DNA of 64,000 nucleotides from Savitreella phatthalungensis (Eukaryota). The position numbers and the translations under genes are program-made. Below the pieces are notes generated by a model that made no database searches, had not been told where the DNA came from, and was given only the letters and a program-made list of their open reading frames with translations. The stretch's first letter is position 1. Every line of letters begins with the position of its first letter. This document shows, in pieces, positions 62,774 to 64,000 of the stretch. The stretch spans positions 1 through 64,000 of the forward strand of contig AP039710.1 in NCBI GenBank assembly GCA_051599415.1, given 5' to 3'.

Positions 62774-64000
62774 TTACTGTAGTGCGTTCTCGAGCAGCCG
62801 TTGGACGCGGTCTGCGGTGTCGCGCGTTGTGGTCTGACCTGCCATGAGGTAGACGACGTTGCCGAGTGGTCTTGCCATGACGCCACCGTCTTGATCGTTG
62901 CCGAGCCTGAGGGCCTCGACCACCTGCGCGGACGCAGCGCTAGCGTACCCGCCAGCCTCACCAGCCAGCGGGTGCAGCGCGACCGCAAGCACACTCCCCA
63001 TACACACCACCCAGTCCACCTTGTCGTGGTGAGACAGCTGCCTGACGTAATCTCTCGACCACACGCTCCACACCGGTAGGTCACTAGACCAGTCTGCCTT
63101 CGAGGCTGATGCGGTTCGCCGAGCGTCCTGGACCGGTTGACTGGACTCTTCGATTTCCTGATCTGAGATGCCGCGCTCTTCGTGGATCGTCCGAAGTCTA
63201 TGGACAGATGCGAGGGCGACGGAGGTGCCGACCGGGTGGGCGGTATAGGAATGTCCGTGGAGAAGACAATCCTGCTTTTTGTCTGTGAGGAAGACGTTGA
63301 AAATTTGCTCAGTGGCGAGCGTGACGGCCAGGGGGACCAGCCCGCCTGTGAGCAGCTTTGCGTTCACAGAGATGTCTGGGTTGATGCCGAGCAAGGTGGT
63401 CGCGCGCGCGTGTCCGAGACGGTACAGACCAACAAACACCTCGTCCGTGATGACCGGCAATCCTGTCCACGTGGGACCGCCCGAAGACGACGAGCCTGGA
63501 GGGCAGAACAGCTCGCTACCACGGACGTAGTCCACCAGTACACGCTGGAATAGAGGGTCGACAAAATGCATACCGCCTGCGCCCATCAGGATCGATTCGA
63601 AAATCAACGCGCCAAACCGATCGCCACGCTCTACGGCTTCACGCAAAGTCTTGTCAATGATCTGACGGTAGTGCGTCGCCGTTTGCCCGGCCAGCCGCTT
63701 GTCCAAGTCAAAGACCTCTGTCATACTCGAGAGCTTCTCAATCACTTGACCGTCTAGCTCGATCTCATACTCTCCCTTTCGCAGTAGCACAGCCGGTGCA
63801 TCAAAATAGACACCCCGGGCATCGTACCAATCGACCTGGTCGTTGTATACATTTGGGTCAGAAGCGTTCATGCTGCCGATCGTGTCACCGTGGTAGGAGC
63901 CCTTGATACCAATCACTTTCAGGCGTGGCTCACGAGAGGTCTGATTGTACCTTGCACGAGATGCCTTCAATGCCATTTTCAACGCGATCTCGATTCCCGT
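62774..64000 (-). CDS. BIO3-BIO1: DAPA aminotransferase part of bifunctional BIO3-BIO1/BioDA (5' end outside the window)
   Basis: GIEIALKMAL, GSYHGDTIGSM, ILMGAGGMHFVDPLFQRVL, DEVFVGLYRLG, AKLLTGG (PLP Lys), LLHGHSYTAH, RPLGNVVYLM. Confidence 0.9.
   Translation of the reverse strand, partial: TGIEIALKMALKASRARYNQTSREPRLKVIGIKGSYHGDTIGSMNASDPNVYNDQVDWYDARGVYFDAPAVLLRKGEYEIELDGQVIEKLSSMTEVFDLDKRLAGQTATHYRQIIDKTLREAVERGDRFGALIFESILMGAGGMHFVDPLFQRVLVDYVRGSELFCPPGSSSSGGPTWTGLPVITDEVFVGLYRLGHARATTLLGINPDISVNAKLLTGGLVPLAVTLATEQIFNVFLTDKKQDCLLHGHSYTAHPVGTSVALASVHRLRTIHEERGISDQEIEESSQPVQDARRTASASKADWSSDLPVWSVWSRDYVRQLSHHDKVDWVVCMGSVLAVALHPLAGEAGGYASAASAQVVEALRLGNDQDGGVMARPLGNVVYLMAGQTTTRDTADRVQRLLENALQ

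Overview
Left end of a chromosome from a compact, intron-poor, GC-rich fungus; a Taphrinomycotina-like ascomycete is my inference, not proven. Bases 1-75 are untrimmed Oxford Nanopore adapter plus native barcode. They are followed by (CCCTAA)16 and about 4 kb of CpG-poor subtelomeric repeats. About 25 mostly housekeeping genes follow, very tightly packed: OCT1, TGS1, CWF19L1-like, UTP18, CDT2, APC2, Rib2-type deaminase, hexokinase, SF3B6, OST1, FPR3/4-type FKBP, CDO1, NDUFAF3, ARP4, KAR9, a bacterial-type SGNH acetylesterase, RAX1-like RGS, CAF16, a GAS2-domain protein, ARL8, OPT, TAF1, an arrestin-like protein, a LysM protein, RPA135, MED14, GUP1 and partial BIO3-BIO1. There is a patch of decayed transposons (two solo-LTR-like copies and a Tc1/mariner relic) and one young full-length Ty3/gypsy chromovirus. 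Best leads: (1) a cryptic intron that would remove the hexokinase stop codon and fuse hexokinase in frame to the riboflavin-pathway deaminase; (2) a retrotransposon with Gag-PR / RT-RH-IN layout joined by a candidate -1 frameshift signal (G_GAU_UUU plus pseudoknot) and a D-to-H integrase active-site change; (3) CpG-biased decay of old repeats; (4) a possible horizontally acquired pectin acetylesterase. All protein assignments are from motif recognition by eye; no searches were run.
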